Source: an uncultured Alphaproteobacteria bacterium (lineage in GTDB: Bacteria > Pseudomonadota > Alphaproteobacteria > Caedimonadales > UBA9215). From it: a stretch of DNA of 64,000 nucleotides. This document shows, in pieces, positions 37,155 to 47,899 of this stretch (position 1 is its first letter; every line of letters starts with the position of its first letter). The notes beneath the pieces are model-generated. The model worked only from the letters and a program-made list of their open reading frames with translations. It did not search any database and was not told where the DNA came from. Both the position numbers and the translations under genes were made by a program. The stretch covers positions 20,372 to 84,371 of the forward strand of contig CAXBEY010000001.1 of the NCBI GenBank assembly GCA_963974885.1, given 5' to 3'.

Positions 37155-38087
37155 ATGCGCGGTTTACAACTGGTTCCCTACAATACAAACATTGACTTTT
37201 CAGGTCGCCGCCTTTTGGCCTATGGATTAGCCCTTTTTATCATTCTGGGCTCCTTTGCAGCTCTTTTTACAAAGGGACTCAACTATGGAATTGATTTTAA
37301 GGGGGGGCTTCTTATTGAAATCCGCACCCAAGAAAAAGCCGACATCGCAGGTCTCCGTTCAACCTTAAATAACCTCAATCTTGGTGAAGTAAAACTGCAA
37401 GATTTTGGAACGGACCGTGATGTTCTTATTCGTATTGAGCAACAAGAAGGAGGCGAAAAGGCCCAAGCCGTTGCTCTAAAGATGGTTAAAGCTACCTTGG
37501 GAGACCAGGTCACGTACCGGCGTGTTGAAACCGTTGGAGCAAAGGTCAGTTCTGACCTTATTCAAAATGGGATTATGGCGGTCGTTTTTGCTATGATTGG
37601 CATGCTGATTTACATTTGGATTCGATTCGAGTGGGAATATGGTGTGTGTGGTATCTTAGCCATCGCCCATGATGCTATTGCGGTCCTTGGTTTTTATGCT
37701 ATTTCAGGGTTTGAATTTAATGAAACAGCCTTTGCCGCTCTTTTAACGACTGTTGGCTATTCTATTAACGATACCGTTGTTATTTATGATCGTTTGCGGG
37801 AGAACTTGCGGAAATTTAAAACAACTCCAATTCCTGAGCTTATCAATATCAGTGCTAACAACACCTTGTCACGCACTCTTTTGACAGCAGGCACAACATT
37901 ATTGGCCCTTTTTGCTTTATATGTTTTTGGAGGACCTGTGATTGAAAATTTCAGTATGCCTATTATTATTGGTATTCTTGCGGGAACTTTCTCCTCCATT
38001 TTCTTGTCGGTGAATTTATTGCTTTTCTTTGATTTACGTAAGAAAAAAGACGAGGAGCCGACCCCCTCAGGCCCCCTTAGAAAATAA
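37155..38087 (+). CDS. secF: protein translocase subunit SecF
   Basis: 310 aa. GIDFKGG motif and a SecF TM bundle, directly after secD. Confidence 0.95.
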   Translation: MRGLQLVPYNTNIDFSGRRLLAYGLALFIILGSFAALFTKGLNYGIDFKGGLLIEIRTQEKADIAGLRSTLNNLNLGEVKLQDFGTDRDVLIRIEQQEGGEKAQAVALKMVKATLGDQVTYRRVETVGAKVSSDLIQNGIMAVVFAMIGMLIYIWIRFEWEYGVCGILAIAHDAIAVLGFYAISGFEFNETAFAALLTTVGYSINDTVVIYDRLRENLRKFKTTPIPELINISANNTLSRTLLTAGTTLLALFALYVFGGPVIENFSMPIIIGILAGTFSSIFLSVNLLLFFDLRKKKDEEPTPSGPLRK

Positions 38088-38112
38088 AAAAACTTAAGGG
38101 TAGGGATTTTTC

Positions 38113-38141
38113 TTGATTTTTACCCAAAGGCGCCCTATAAA
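38113..38141 (+). promoter_or_regulatory. sigma70-like promoter candidate for rpmE
   Basis: TTGATT (38113-38118), a 17-nt spacer, then TATAAA (38136-38141), about 36 nt upstream of the rpmE ATG. Sequence pattern only. Confidence 0.35.
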
Positions 38142-38177
38142 TAACTTGAAATTATATATTGATAATAGGATTTTCCC

Positions 38178-38402
38178 ATGAAAAAAGACATTCACCCTGA
38201 ATACCACACAATCAAAGTTGCCCTAACGGATGGGACAACTTTTGAAACACGCTCTACATGGGGTAAAAAGGGTGAGATTATGCGCCTTGATATTGATCCC
38301 TCTTCACATCCTGCGTGGACAGGTGTTCACCGTCTTATGGATGCGGGTGGACAGCTTTCCAAATTTAATTCAAAGTTTTCGAATTTTGGCTTGAAGAAGT
38401 AG
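38178..38402 (+). CDS. rpmE: 50S ribosomal protein L31 (Cys-less, zinc-independent form)
   Basis: MKKDIHPEY ... [12 protein letters not shown]. 74 aa, with no CxxC motifs. Confidence 0.9.
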   Translation: MKKDIHPEYHTIKVALTDGTTFETRSTWGKKGEIMRLDIDPSSHPAWTGVHRLMDAGGQLSKFNSKFSNFGLKK

Positions 38403-38847
38403 CGCCCTGATTCATACGTTGAGATAAGGCTAGGACGCGTTTATAAAGTCCAAGACTATCGGCAAGAAGCTCTCGAATGGGCAAGGGGTAGTGTTCCTCT
38501 TGTCCATTTATGCTATTTGCCAAACAAAATGGATCATTTTTGATGGTATATTTATCTGAACAAGCCTCTTCCAATGAAATTTCTTCCGCTAAAAAGGCTT
38601 TTTGAGCAAGGAGCCAAGCCATCACTTGAGTAAGTCGTGCGGTGACCCGTGTCATTTCACAATTAATGCGCATATCACGGACTTGGTTGGGCTCTTGAGC
38701 CCGTTGCATGGAATAGCCTTTTAGAAACTTTTCCGCATTTGTTAAGAGGTTTAAAGTTTCAGAATATGTATTGTCATATAATATTGAAGCGAATCTATTT
38801 GTAATCATAATAACTCCTAAAGTAACTATAGACCTTATTATATACAA
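38365..38847 (-). CDS. DUF1465 / RcdA-like protein (regulator-of-CtrA-degradation family)
   Basis: About 150 aa, helical. The [19 protein letters not shown] pattern fits my recollection of alphaproteobacterial DUF1465 proteins. The start may be the internal MITNRF (38808). The 3' end overlaps rpmE by 38 nt. Confidence 0.6.
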   Translation of the reverse strand: MYIIRSIVTLGVIMITNRFASILYDNTYSETLNLLTNAEKFLKGYSMQRAQEPNQVRDMRINCEMTRVTARLTQVMAWLLAQKAFLAEEISLEEACSDKYTIKNDPFCLANSINGQEEHYPLPIRELLADSLGLYKRVLALSQRMNQGATSSSQNSKTLN

Positions 38848-38988
38848 TAGTTATTAATATTTCGTAAATTTATTATTGACAATACTATCTATTTATGATT
38901 TTTTATTGTTTTTCTTTGCTGAGCTTGACTCTTATGTTGCTATTGAGCTAGTGTTAGAAAACCTATTTTCCGCAAAAAGGATGCTATT

Positions 38989-39966
38989 ATGAAAAATCTT
39001 AAGTCTGTTATCATAAGCACAGGAAGTTATCTTCCTGAAAATGTTGTGAGTAATGAGAAGTTATCTGAGACCGTTGATACATCCCATGATTGGATTGTTG
39101 AACGAACAGGTATTCACCAGCGCCATTTTGCAGCAGAGGGTCAAACCACCTCCGATCTTGCAACGGAAGCTGGAAAAGAAGCTCTTGAACGGGCAAATTT
39201 ACAACCCAATGATATTGACCTGATTATTGTGGCAACAGCCAGTGCTGACCAAACTTTCCCCTCCTGTGCAACCCGTGTGCAGGATAAGATCGGCAACACA
39301 AAGGGGTTAGCCTTTGATGTGGCAGCCGTTTGCACAGGTTACCTTCTTGGGTTAAATGTTGCCGATAGCTTTTTGCGTCTTGGCAAAGCAAAGAGAGCCC
39401 TTGTGATCGGCGCTGAAGCCATTTCAAATCTCTTAGATATGACTGATCGTACCACCTGTGTGTTGTTTGGCGATGGCGCAGGTGCTGTGATTCTTGAAGC
39501 CGTTGAAGATAAAGATAATCCAAAGGATCGTGGCCTCATCGGTGTTGACCTTGAATCCGATGGACGACTTTTTGATATTTTACATGCCGATGGCGGCCCT
39601 TCTTCTACCCGCACCATCGGTAAATTACGTATGACAGGCCAAGAAGTCTTTAAGCATGCGGTTACTAAACTTGCAAAATCAGCAGAGCAAACCCTTGAGA
39701 AGTATAATGTAACCCCTAACGACCTTGATTGGCTTATTCCTCATCAAGCCAATGCGCGCATCATTGAAGGAATGCGTCGCAAATTAGATATGGACGAAAG
39801 CAAAGTGATTATTACCGTTGATAAACATGCTAACACCTCTGCTGCGTCTATTCCCTTAGCTCTCCATGATGCTGTTAAATCTGGCAAAGTGAAAGAAGGG
39901 GATCTGATTCTCCATGAAGCCATTGGTGGTGGGTTGATTTGGGGATCAGCTCTCTTACGTTTTTAG
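38989..39966 (+). CDS. fabH: 3-oxoacyl-ACP synthase III
   Basis: 325 aa. The active-site context AAVCTGY (Cys), HQAN (His) and NTSAASIP (Asn) is typical of FabH. Confidence 0.9.
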   Translation: MKNLKSVIISTGSYLPENVVSNEKLSETVDTSHDWIVERTGIHQRHFAAEGQTTSDLATEAGKEALERANLQPNDIDLIIVATASADQTFPSCATRVQDKIGNTKGLAFDVAAVCTGYLLGLNVADSFLRLGKAKRALVIGAEAISNLLDMTDRTTCVLFGDGAGAVILEAVEDKDNPKDRGLIGVDLESDGRLFDILHADGGPSSTRTIGKLRMTGQEVFKHAVTKLAKSAEQTLEKYNVTPNDLDWLIPHQANARIIEGMRRKLDMDESKVIITVDKHANTSAASIPLALHDAVKSGKVKEGDLILHEAIGGGLIWGSALLRF

Positions 39967-39978
39967 AAAGTTCTATAA

Positions 39979-40335
39979 ATGACTTATATTGTAACGGACA
40001 ATTGTATCAACTGTAAGTTTGGGGATTGCATTGAAGTCTGTCCCGTTGATTGCTTTTATGAGGGAGAGAACATGATTGTGATCGATCCTGAAGAGTGCAT
40101 TGATTGCGGCGTGTGTGAGTCCGAGTGCCCTGCAAATGCTATTATCTCTGATACACATGAAGATGCAGAAGCTTATGGAAATATAGAAAAGTGGGTCGCG
40201 CATAATCAAAAATACGCAAAGCTATGGCCCCAACTCACCGAAAATATCCCCCCTCTGCCCGATGCTGAAAAGTGGGATGGCGTTGAGAACAAACTTGAAA
40301 CGGTCTTCTCGGAAAAGCCTGGCAAGGGCAGTTAA
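39979..40335 (+). CDS. fdxA: 7Fe-type ferredoxin
   Basis: [29 protein letters not shown] and [12 protein letters not shown] cluster motifs. Confidence 0.85.
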   Translation: MTYIVTDNCINCKFGDCIEVCPVDCFYEGENMIVIDPEECIDCGVCESECPANAIISDTHEDAEAYGNIEKWVAHNQKYAKLWPQLTENIPPLPDAEKWDGVENKLETVFSEKPGKGS

Positions 40336-42176
40336 GCAGATTTAGTAAGGGCTTGAGCAAGAGAGGTCTGGACGAGATCTTCAAGGCGAAACTGAACGCG
40401 CTTTACACCGTTCCACTCATCAAGGTTAAGAGTCCCAACGGCAGACAGCCATTTTCCTCTGGCATTCAATAACAAGTCTCCAAGGGGCGTGCCCACACAT
40501 CGAAAGGCAATGCCAGAAAGAGTACCTGATTTTGAAAAGTCCGTGAAAATACAGCGCACATGGTTTTCCCCAACAATATCAGCACGCACAACAGAAAGTT
40601 CCTCAAACAAAAAGCGCGGCGTTGCATTTCCTTGGCCGTAAGGGGCTAGGCCCTCAAACTTTTCAGCAAGGTCAATGGACGCACCACCGGCTGAAAGGCG
40701 CGCATCAATTTTAAGGGCTGGTGTTAAATCAAGGCTTTCTTTCTCGATAATATGGGTTAAACGCTTTGTGCAAAAGTCTTTAAAGGCCTGCATGTTTTTC
40801 CCCTGAATACTTAAACCGCCAGCCATGGCATGGCCTCCCCCTGCTTCTAAAAGCCCGTCTTGTTTGGCGGCTTGAATCAAACTGCCAATATCAAGACCTG
40901 GGATAGAGCGCGCCGATCCTTTGCCTTCTAAAACACCGTTCTTTTCCTCAAGGGAAATAACCATGGTGGGTTTATTAAACGCGTCTTTTAGGCGACCCGC
41001 AACAATGCCAATAACACCCGCATGCCAGTTTTTCCCCGATACAATAAGAAGGGGACTCGCTCCAGAACTTGAGTTTTCAATTTCCCCTTGAGCCATGGCC
41101 TCTTCTAAGACCTTAGCTTCAATGGTTTTTCGCTCCTCGTTAAAGGCTGAGAGCTGTTGAGAAATGTCACGGGCACGGTTGGGGTCATCACAGGAAAGAA
41201 GTTCAGCCCCAAGGGCGGACGATCCAACACGTCCCCCAGCATTAATGCGAGGACCAAGGAGAAAGCCAAGGTGGTAGGCAGTGGGGTACGAATCAATACC
41301 CGATGCATCAAAAAGAGCTCGGAGACCAGTATTTTGGCGGTGGGCCAAGACCTTTAAGCCTTGCTTAACAAAGGCTCGGTTAAGGCCTTTAAGAGCAACA
41401 ACATCGCAAACGGTTCCCGTGGCGACAAGATCAAGAAAGCTTAGAAGGTCCGGCGGGGTTTTGTCTTTAAAAAAGCCCGCTTCGCGCAATTCCTTTTGAA
41501 GGGCAACAAGGGTCACAAAAACAACCCCAACAGCAGCGCAGTCCTGGCAAGGGCTGTCAAGTTGATCAAGGCGATTGGGGTTTATAAGAGCCACAACTTC
41601 AGGATTTTTGGGTTCGGCAATATGGTGATCAATGACAATAACCTCAAGGCCCATTTCCTTAGCAGCCCTTAAGGGATCAAAGGAGGTCGTGCCGCAATCA
41701 ACGGTAATAACAAGGTCGTGGTTTTCTTTTTTAAGGTATTGAAGAGCAGGGATATTGGGCCCATATCCTTCTTTCAGGCGGTCAGGAATATAAACGGTGA
41801 TGTCTATATTGATGGCTTGAAAGTAACGTTTTAAAAGGGCTGAGGACGTGGCTCCATCTACATCGTAATCTCCAAAAACAGCTATTTTTTCAGCTTTAGA
41901 GATTGCTTGCATGAGGCGTTTAATGGCTTTATCCATGTCCTTTAAATGATAGGGATCGGGGAGAGACATTTTGAGACTGGGTTTTAAATAATTCCCAAGA
42001 CTTTCTTTGGGAATGCCCCGGGCAACCAGTAACCGTGCAACAGCTTCAGGAAGACCAAATTTCTGGACATAAAAAGCCACTTGGCGATCATCGGCGTCCC
42101 GTAAAAACCAGCGTTTTCCAGAGGTGGAAAGTTGATCTCCTAAGAGGTTGTTTTGTTTTTTGAGGGCTTGCGTCAT
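40332..42176 (-). CDS. recJ: single-stranded-DNA-specific exonuclease RecJ
   Basis: 614 aa. DHH-family motifs ([19 protein letters not shown]) and a DHHA1 region (GGHAMAGG). Confidence 0.9.
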   Translation of the reverse strand: MTQALKKQNNLLGDQLSTSGKRWFLRDADDRQVAFYVQKFGLPEAVARLLVARGIPKESLGNYLKPSLKMSLPDPYHLKDMDKAIKRLMQAISKAEKIAVFGDYDVDGATSSALLKRYFQAINIDITVYIPDRLKEGYGPNIPALQYLKKENHDLVITVDCGTTSFDPLRAAKEMGLEVIVIDHHIAEPKNPEVVALINPNRLDQLDSPCQDCAAVGVVFVTLVALQKELREAGFFKDKTPPDLLSFLDLVATGTVCDVVALKGLNRAFVKQGLKVLAHRQNTGLRALFDASGIDSYPTAYHLGFLLGPRINAGGRVGSSALGAELLSCDDPNRARDISQQLSAFNEERKTIEAKVLEEAMAQGEIENSSSGASPLLIVSGKNWHAGVIGIVAGRLKDAFNKPTMVISLEEKNGVLEGKGSARSIPGLDIGSLIQAAKQDGLLEAGGGHAMAGGLSIQGKNMQAFKDFCTKRLTHIIEKESLDLTPALKIDARLSAGGASIDLAEKFEGLAPYGQGNATPRFLFEELSVVRADIVGENHVRCIFTDFSKSGTLSGIAFRCVGTPLGDLLLNARGKWLSAVGTLNLDEWNGVKRVQFRLEDLVQTSLAQALTKSA

Positions 42177-43093
42177 ATATCTTTACTTTCCTGAAATCCA
42201 TAGAGGTCTTTTGGCCAACGACGGTGAATCCAAAACCATTGTTCTGGGTGGTCTCGGATCCAGCCTTCAATGTGGTTATTCATTTGTTTTAAGATAGAGA
42301 TCGTTTTTTCTTGGTCTGTGCCCGTTTTAGGCATAACCAAAGGAGGGTAGTAAATAACTTTGCACTTTATGCCATCGGTTCTAATAGCTTGAAAGGGCAG
42401 GATAGGGCAGTCAAACTTCAAGGCCATTCTAGCAAAGGCCGGCGCTGTCATAGCGTCCCGACCAAAAAAAGGGGCAGCCATACCATCGTTCATTTTTTGA
42501 TCTGCCAACATAGAAACATGATGGCCTAACTTCAGTTCCTTCATGATCTCCTTGGCCCCCTCAGATCCTTTGGGAATGATTTTACGGGCGATCCGCCCAT
42601 GAACTGTATTCACCAAAAATCGAGTGAGGGGGTTATTCAAAAAACGCGTTATCTGAGCCGTCTTTAAGCCTCGTTTTTGTGCAATATAAGTGCCCACCTC
42701 CCAATTTCCATAATGGGCTGAAAACAAGAGTCCTGGTTTTTGATCTTGGATGAGGGCCTCTAAATTTTCGAGACCTTCAATGGTGTAGGGACTTTTTTTT
42801 CCGAAGGGTTTTTGATAGGGGAGGCGGATGTACTCTAAGAAAGTCCGTCCCAAATTCTGCCACATTTTTTTAAGGATCTGGTCTTGTTGTTCCTTGGTAA
42901 AATCAAGGCCCGCAAGTTGGAAATTACGATGGGCAATTTGTGTTTTTTGGGTGAGTAGGGGCCCCAGGACTCCAAATAAATAACCGCCCAATGCCGAGCC
43001 CCAGGAAAAAGGAATAATAAGCCCCACAAGGACAACTATAATAAAAAAAAAGGCTTCAAAGGGATAAAATAGATATTTTAAAAAGCGTTTCAT
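42173..43093 (-). CDS. lipid A biosynthesis late acyltransferase (LpxL/HtrB family)
   Basis: 306 aa. N-terminal anchor helix and HYGNWE (Hx4E acyltransferase motif). Sits in the lipid A gene block. Confidence 0.75.
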   Translation of the reverse strand: MKRFLKYLFYPFEAFFFIIVVLVGLIIPFSWGSALGGYLFGVLGPLLTQKTQIAHRNFQLAGLDFTKEQQDQILKKMWQNLGRTFLEYIRLPYQKPFGKKSPYTIEGLENLEALIQDQKPGLLFSAHYGNWEVGTYIAQKRGLKTAQITRFLNNPLTRFLVNTVHGRIARKIIPKGSEGAKEIMKELKLGHHVSMLADQKMNDGMAAPFFGRDAMTAPAFARMALKFDCPILPFQAIRTDGIKCKVIYYPPLVMPKTGTDQEKTISILKQMNNHIEGWIRDHPEQWFWIHRRWPKDLYGFQESKDI

Positions 43094-44088
43094 TGATCTT
43101 TATCCTTTTTTAAAAAGGGGCTGAGTAAATGCTGAAATTTAAGGCGTTCATCATATTCCAACTGAATACGAAGTTGATGAATTTTTTTCTGTAAGGGTTT
43201 TGGAAGGCGTACCCAGTCTTTTTGAGTGGTCACAAGATCAGCACAATATTCTTGAGAAAACCGTTGTAACATCTCTAGATCATCCTTGTTGTAGAAATGA
43301 TGATCTGGAAAAGAAACAGTGTGTTGGATATCAAAGTTTTCAAGGCGCAGGGTTTCAAAAAATTTATCAGGATGAGCAAGGCCGGCAAAAGCCACAAGAC
43401 GCTTGTTTTTTAAAGTGGCCCAATCGCCCTTGTTAATGGAAATACTGGCGTGTAAAAGAGGTTTTTTAATATCGTTAAAGGTCAGGCGTTGCACCTCAGG
43501 ATTTCCAACAACAATGACCCCATCAATGCGCTTTAAACCAGACTTAAGGGGTTCACGCAAAGGACCTGCTGGCATGACTTTTTTATTCCCAAAACCACGC
43601 CGTGCATCCACCACACAAATTTTAAGATCTTGCCTAAGAGTTGTGTGCTGCAATCCGTCATCCAGCAAAATAATATCGGCACCTGCTTCAATGGCAGCCT
43701 TAGCTCCCTTGTAACGATTTGACGAAATCCATGTCGTGCAAGTTAAGGACAATAAAAGAGGCTCGTCGCCGACATCTTGGGCCGTGTGTTTTGTTGGATC
43801 AACCAAAAGTGGGCCCTTTAGATTTCCTTTATATCCCCTTAAAATAATGGCAACCTTTTTCCCGTGCCCTTTGAAGTATTGTGCGATGGACAGGGTGACC
43901 GGTGTTTTTCCAGCGCCGCCCACCGTTAAGTTTCCAATGCAAATAACAGGCTTATTAACAGCTTTGGTGGCCGTAAAGAGAGGCTTTAAAAAGGCACCAA
44001 AACGGAAAAGATAGCTTAAGCCCCATAGGAAAAAACGTTGAAGGGCGGAAGGCACAGAAGAGGTATACCAAAATTTAGGCTCTTTCAA
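43090..44088 (-). CDS. lpxK: tetraacyldisaccharide 4'-kinase
   Basis: 332 aa. P-loop GNLTVGGAGKTP and LLDDGLQH motif. Confidence 0.85.
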   Translation of the reverse strand: MKEPKFWYTSSVPSALQRFFLWGLSYLFRFGAFLKPLFTATKAVNKPVICIGNLTVGGAGKTPVTLSIAQYFKGHGKKVAIILRGYKGNLKGPLLVDPTKHTAQDVGDEPLLLSLTCTTWISSNRYKGAKAAIEAGADIILLDDGLQHTTLRQDLKICVVDARRGFGNKKVMPAGPLREPLKSGLKRIDGVIVVGNPEVQRLTFNDIKKPLLHASISINKGDWATLKNKRLVAFAGLAHPDKFFETLRLENFDIQHTVSFPDHHFYNKDDLEMLQRFSQEYCADLVTTQKDWVRLPKPLQKKIHQLRIQLEYDERLKFQHLLSPFLKKDKDQ

Positions 44089-45362
44089 GGATCACCTCCT
44101 GAGCGACATAGGGATGAAGATGCTCTATAATTTTACCGAGTATTTTCGTTTGTTGTTCGAGGAACTGGTCCGCATTTTTGGTATAGGCTTGAGCAATTTT
44201 TGGATTGTTCATTAGCTCTAAAAGGGATTGGGAAAGGTCAGGTGCCTCCTTCACAAGGCGGCTGGCCTTTGCCGCTTTTGCCTCAGCAACAATTTCTTTG
44301 AAATTTCCCATATGGGGCCCGTGCAGAGCCACACACTGTTGGCGCATTGGTTCAAGGATATTATGCCCTCCAATTCCATCCACCAAGGATCCTCCGACGA
44401 ATACAAAAGAGGCAAATTCATAAAACAAGCCCATGATGCCCATTTGATCGACCAAAAGAACGTCTTGGGTAAAGGGGGCTTCTTTATTGTGTTGCCACGT
44501 GCTATATCGTTGAACGGTCAGGCCCCGATCTTGTATAAGGCTCTCAACGTCTTTGCAGCGATGAGGGTGGCGAACAACAAGAATAAGGCATGTTTCTTTT
44601 TGAGTTTTTTGAAGTGTTTTATGGGCTTCTAAGACAATTTCCTCTTCCCCTTTGTGAGTGACCTTTGAAAGCTTTTTGAAGCTTGGTTAAATCCTCTGTC
44701 AGGTAACTAGGGTGGTCGGCTGCATATTTTAAATTTCCGCAAAAAGCTGATTTTTTATAACCAATGTGTTTTAAGTTTTGGTCTAGCTCTTTGGTTTGGG
44801 TCAGGACAAGATCAAAGCAATTCAATAGGTCTAAAAAGACTTGTCGTAAAAAGACCCAGCGCTTAAAGGAACGATTTGACAGGCGCATATTCAACAGGAC
44901 TAAGGGGATTTTTTGTTTATGGGCGTGGAAAATTAAATTAGGCCATAATTCAGATTCAACCCACACCATAAGATCAGGCTGCCAGTGCTTGAGAAAACGC
45001 TTTATGCCTGGCGTGAAATCAAGGGGTGCATATTGGTGAGTTACTGATTTAGGAAAACGCTGCTCAATGATCTTAGCGGATGTCATGGTGCCGCTTGTGA
45101 GAAGAATTTTCCACGTGGGATGCTCTATGGTAAATCTCTCAATAAGCTTGAGAAGAGAGAGACTTTCTCCCACACTGGCTGCATGGAACCAAACACACTT
45201 TTGAGTGGTATCTCGTTTATGGGAGGCGTAGCCAAATTTCTCAAGATAGCGTCGGGGGTCTTCTTTCCCTTTTTTAAGACGTTTGGGGATAATCACAAAA
45301 CGATAAATAGGGGCGAAAACCGTTGTTAGAAAATCATAGAAAAAATTTATAAATAGGGTCAT
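44075..45362 (-). pseudogene. waaA: Kdo transferase WaaA (KdtA) interrupted by a frameshift
   Basis: The N-terminal 236 aa (VWFHAASVGE ... GNLKYAADHP ... LQKAFKG) are in one frame and then run into a stop at 44619. The adjacent frame, open from about 44670, continues THKGEEEIVLEAHKTL...LILVVRHPHR...LLVDQMGIMGLFYEF...GGHNILEP to 44075. The junction lies near 44655-44665. Confidence 0.8.
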
Positions 45363-45371
45363 TTCTTATCC

Positions 45372-46058
45372 TTAGGTTAAGGGCTCATGACCACACAAAG
45401 CATCGGCCTTATTGCTTGTTTCACGCAAATTATTTTGCAGGTTTTCCTTGAGAATTTTCATCTCCTTGGGGGTTGTTTTTGAGGGCACAGACAGCGCATC
45501 TCCCCACACAAAGTAGCCCTTTGTGAACGGGAGAGCTAGGATAAAACGATCCCAAGATCCAAGAATTTTCCGACGTTTTACACCATAGGCACCCGGCAAA
45601 ATATCACATCCTGAAAGTTGGGCTAACTTCATAACACCATCACTCACCTCAAAACGAGGTCCCCTTGGCCCATCGGGTGTTATGCCTATGCTTTCTCCTT
45701 TTTTCAAGACTTTAAGGAGGTTGCGCAGGGCGTCAAGACCGCCCTTGCTTTTGGAACCCTCAACGGTTTTGATGTGAAAATTATCCATGATTTGGGCAAT
45801 GAACTTGCCATCGGAATGTTTGGAAATAAGCATATTGAAAGGCTTCTTGCGGTTCCATCCATAAACGTTCATAAGAACGCGGTTATGCCAAAATACACAA
45901 ATGAAAGGTTTATTTCGGTTCCAATAGTGTTCCGGAATGTCTCTATTCACATGGGACCAGCGTGACGTGTAATACACTAAGCGAATGTAGGCTGAAGCCA
46001 CGTGTGCTAAAAATTTAATAAAGAAGGAGCTTTTTAAAAGGCGCTTATGGAATCTCAT
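45372..46058 (-). CDS. DUF374-type lysophospholipid-acyltransferase-like protein
   Basis: 228 aa. A conserved small protein found between msbA and waaA in alphaproteobacterial LPS clusters (from recollection). 4-nt overlap with msbA. Confidence 0.65.
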   Translation of the reverse strand: MRFHKRLLKSSFFIKFLAHVASAYIRLVYYTSRWSHVNRDIPEHYWNRNKPFICVFWHNRVLMNVYGWNRKKPFNMLISKHSDGKFIAQIMDNFHIKTVEGSKSKGGLDALRNLLKVLKKGESIGITPDGPRGPRFEVSDGVMKLAQLSGCDILPGAYGVKRRKILGSWDRFILALPFTKGYFVWGDALSVPSKTTPKEMKILKENLQNNLRETSNKADALCGHEPLT

Positions 46059-47872
46059 GATGAGGTTGAATCCTCACTTGAGGCAGCATTTTGAAACTGT
46101 ATACGAGAAAGTTGCTGATAGCGCTTACTGGTTTTTAAAAGGTCGTCATGGGAGCCTTGATCTGTAATAACGCCGTCTTCCAAAACATAAATAATATCAG
46201 CGCTGCGAACCGTTGCAAGACGATGGGCAATGGTGAGGGTTGTGCGCCCTTTCATTAGTAACTCGAGGGCCTTTTGAATTTTCTCTTCGGACTCCGAATC
46301 CAGAGCAGAAGTGGGCTCATCCATCAAAAGAATAGGGGCATCTTTCAAGAATGCTCGTGCGATGGAAAGTCGCTGACGCTGCCCCCCTGAAAGACGCATA
46401 CCTTGCTCCCCAACAAAAGTGTCATATCCCTTGGGAAGGGACTCGATGAAGTCATGGGCAGCGGCAGCTTTAGCCGCTTTTTTAATGTCTTCGAGGGGCG
46501 CATCTGGGCGTCCAAAACCAATGTTGGCTGCAATGGTATCATCAAATAAAACCACTTCTTGACTAACAAGGGCAATGGCATGGCGCAAGGAATCTAAGGT
46601 TACGTGCCGTGTGTCTTGACCATCGATGGTAATGCTCCCTTCATTCACATCAAAAAATCGTGGAACGAGGTTCATAAGAGTTGACTTTCCGCCGCCACTT
46701 GGGCCCACAAGAGCGGCTCTTTGTCCGGGATTCAAGGTGAGGGAAATTTGTTTTAAAACCGCTGCACTCTCTTCTTCGTCATCATAACTAAAGTGAACAT
46801 CTTTGAAACAGACAGAGCCCTTTGGGACAGAAAGAATCGTTGCATCTTCTTGTTCTATAATTTCATTCTTGTGGGACATCAGTGCAAAAACACGGTCTGC
46901 TGCAGCCAGTTGCTCTTGCAAATTAGCATTCAAATTCGCTAAACGTTTGAGGGGTTCATAGCTCATAATCAACGCCGTAATAAAGGTGAAAAAAGCGCCC
47001 GGCGTATGGGTCCCTTTAATGACTTCCGAGCCCCCATAAAGAATCACAACGGCAATAGCTATACCCCCAAGAAATTCCATGACAGGGTGACTAATTGCTT
47101 TTGTTTTAACCCCTTTAAGGGTTCGGTTGAAAACACTTTCAATAACTTCCCCCATTTTGCTTTTTTCGTAGGCTTCCATGCAATAGGATTTCACAAGGCG
47201 AACGCCCTGAAAAGCTTGGGTCAGGAGAATGGTTAAATCGGATGTATGTTCTTGAACTTTGGTTGAGGTTTTGCGCATTTTGCGACCGATGATGACAACG
47301 GGCAAGATCGCAATGGGGAGGATAAAAAAGACAACGGAGGCCAATCGCCAGTCTTCGTCAAACATCACAAGCACAAAGAAGATCAGCGTTAAAAAGTCTT
47401 TACCGATACTAGAAAGGGTACCTGTTACCGCATTATTCAATCGCCCAACATCATTCATAAAACGAGAAACAAGATCCCCTGTTTGCATTTTCTGATAAAA
47501 TTTTAGGTCTGCTTGAATAAGAACCTTGAAGAAATCTTTTTGCACATCGGCAATAACGCGGTGCCCCACAAAGGCCATAAGGACAGATTCGCCGTAGGTG
47601 AAAAGACCTTTAAGGAAAAAGACCAAAAAGATTAACCCTGTGATGGGGAGGAGCATTTCTTCTTTGCGATCCAGGAAAATATCATTAATGATAGGTTTCA
47701 TTAGCTTGGCTGAGGCGGCGGTTGTCGCAGCTACAATAACCATGCAAATAAATCCCAGGGCAATCTTAGAGCCATAGGGTTTTGCATAATGGATCAATCT
47801 TTTGATCAATGCCCGTGTTGAGGCACTTTTAGCGACTTGAATAATAGAACGTTTAGCGCGCTTTTTAGCCAT
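46055..47872 (-). CDS. msbA: ABC transporter permease/ATPase, MsbA-like lipid A exporter
   Basis: 605 aa. 6-TM domain, Walker A GPSGGGKST, signature LSGGQRQR, Walker B LLMDEPTSALD. Sits in a lipid A gene context. Confidence 0.8.
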   Translation of the reverse strand: MAKKRAKRSIIQVAKSASTRALIKRLIHYAKPYGSKIALGFICMVIVAATTAASAKLMKPIINDIFLDRKEEMLLPITGLIFLVFFLKGLFTYGESVLMAFVGHRVIADVQKDFFKVLIQADLKFYQKMQTGDLVSRFMNDVGRLNNAVTGTLSSIGKDFLTLIFFVLVMFDEDWRLASVVFFILPIAILPVVIIGRKMRKTSTKVQEHTSDLTILLTQAFQGVRLVKSYCMEAYEKSKMGEVIESVFNRTLKGVKTKAISHPVMEFLGGIAIAVVILYGGSEVIKGTHTPGAFFTFITALIMSYEPLKRLANLNANLQEQLAAADRVFALMSHKNEIIEQEDATILSVPKGSVCFKDVHFSYDDEEESAAVLKQISLTLNPGQRAALVGPSGGGKSTLMNLVPRFFDVNEGSITIDGQDTRHVTLDSLRHAIALVSQEVVLFDDTIAANIGFGRPDAPLEDIKKAAKAAAAHDFIESLPKGYDTFVGEQGMRLSGGQRQRLSIARAFLKDAPILLMDEPTSALDSESEEKIQKALELLMKGRTTLTIAHRLATVRSADIIYVLEDGVITDQGSHDDLLKTSKRYQQLSRIQFQNAASSEDSTSS

Positions 47873-47899
47873 AGAACATACCTTTTATAATGACCTCAA

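Noticed and set aside
44228-44632. 134-aa + strand ORF.
   Set aside because: Antisense to the C-terminal waaA frame, which carries clear WaaA motifs.
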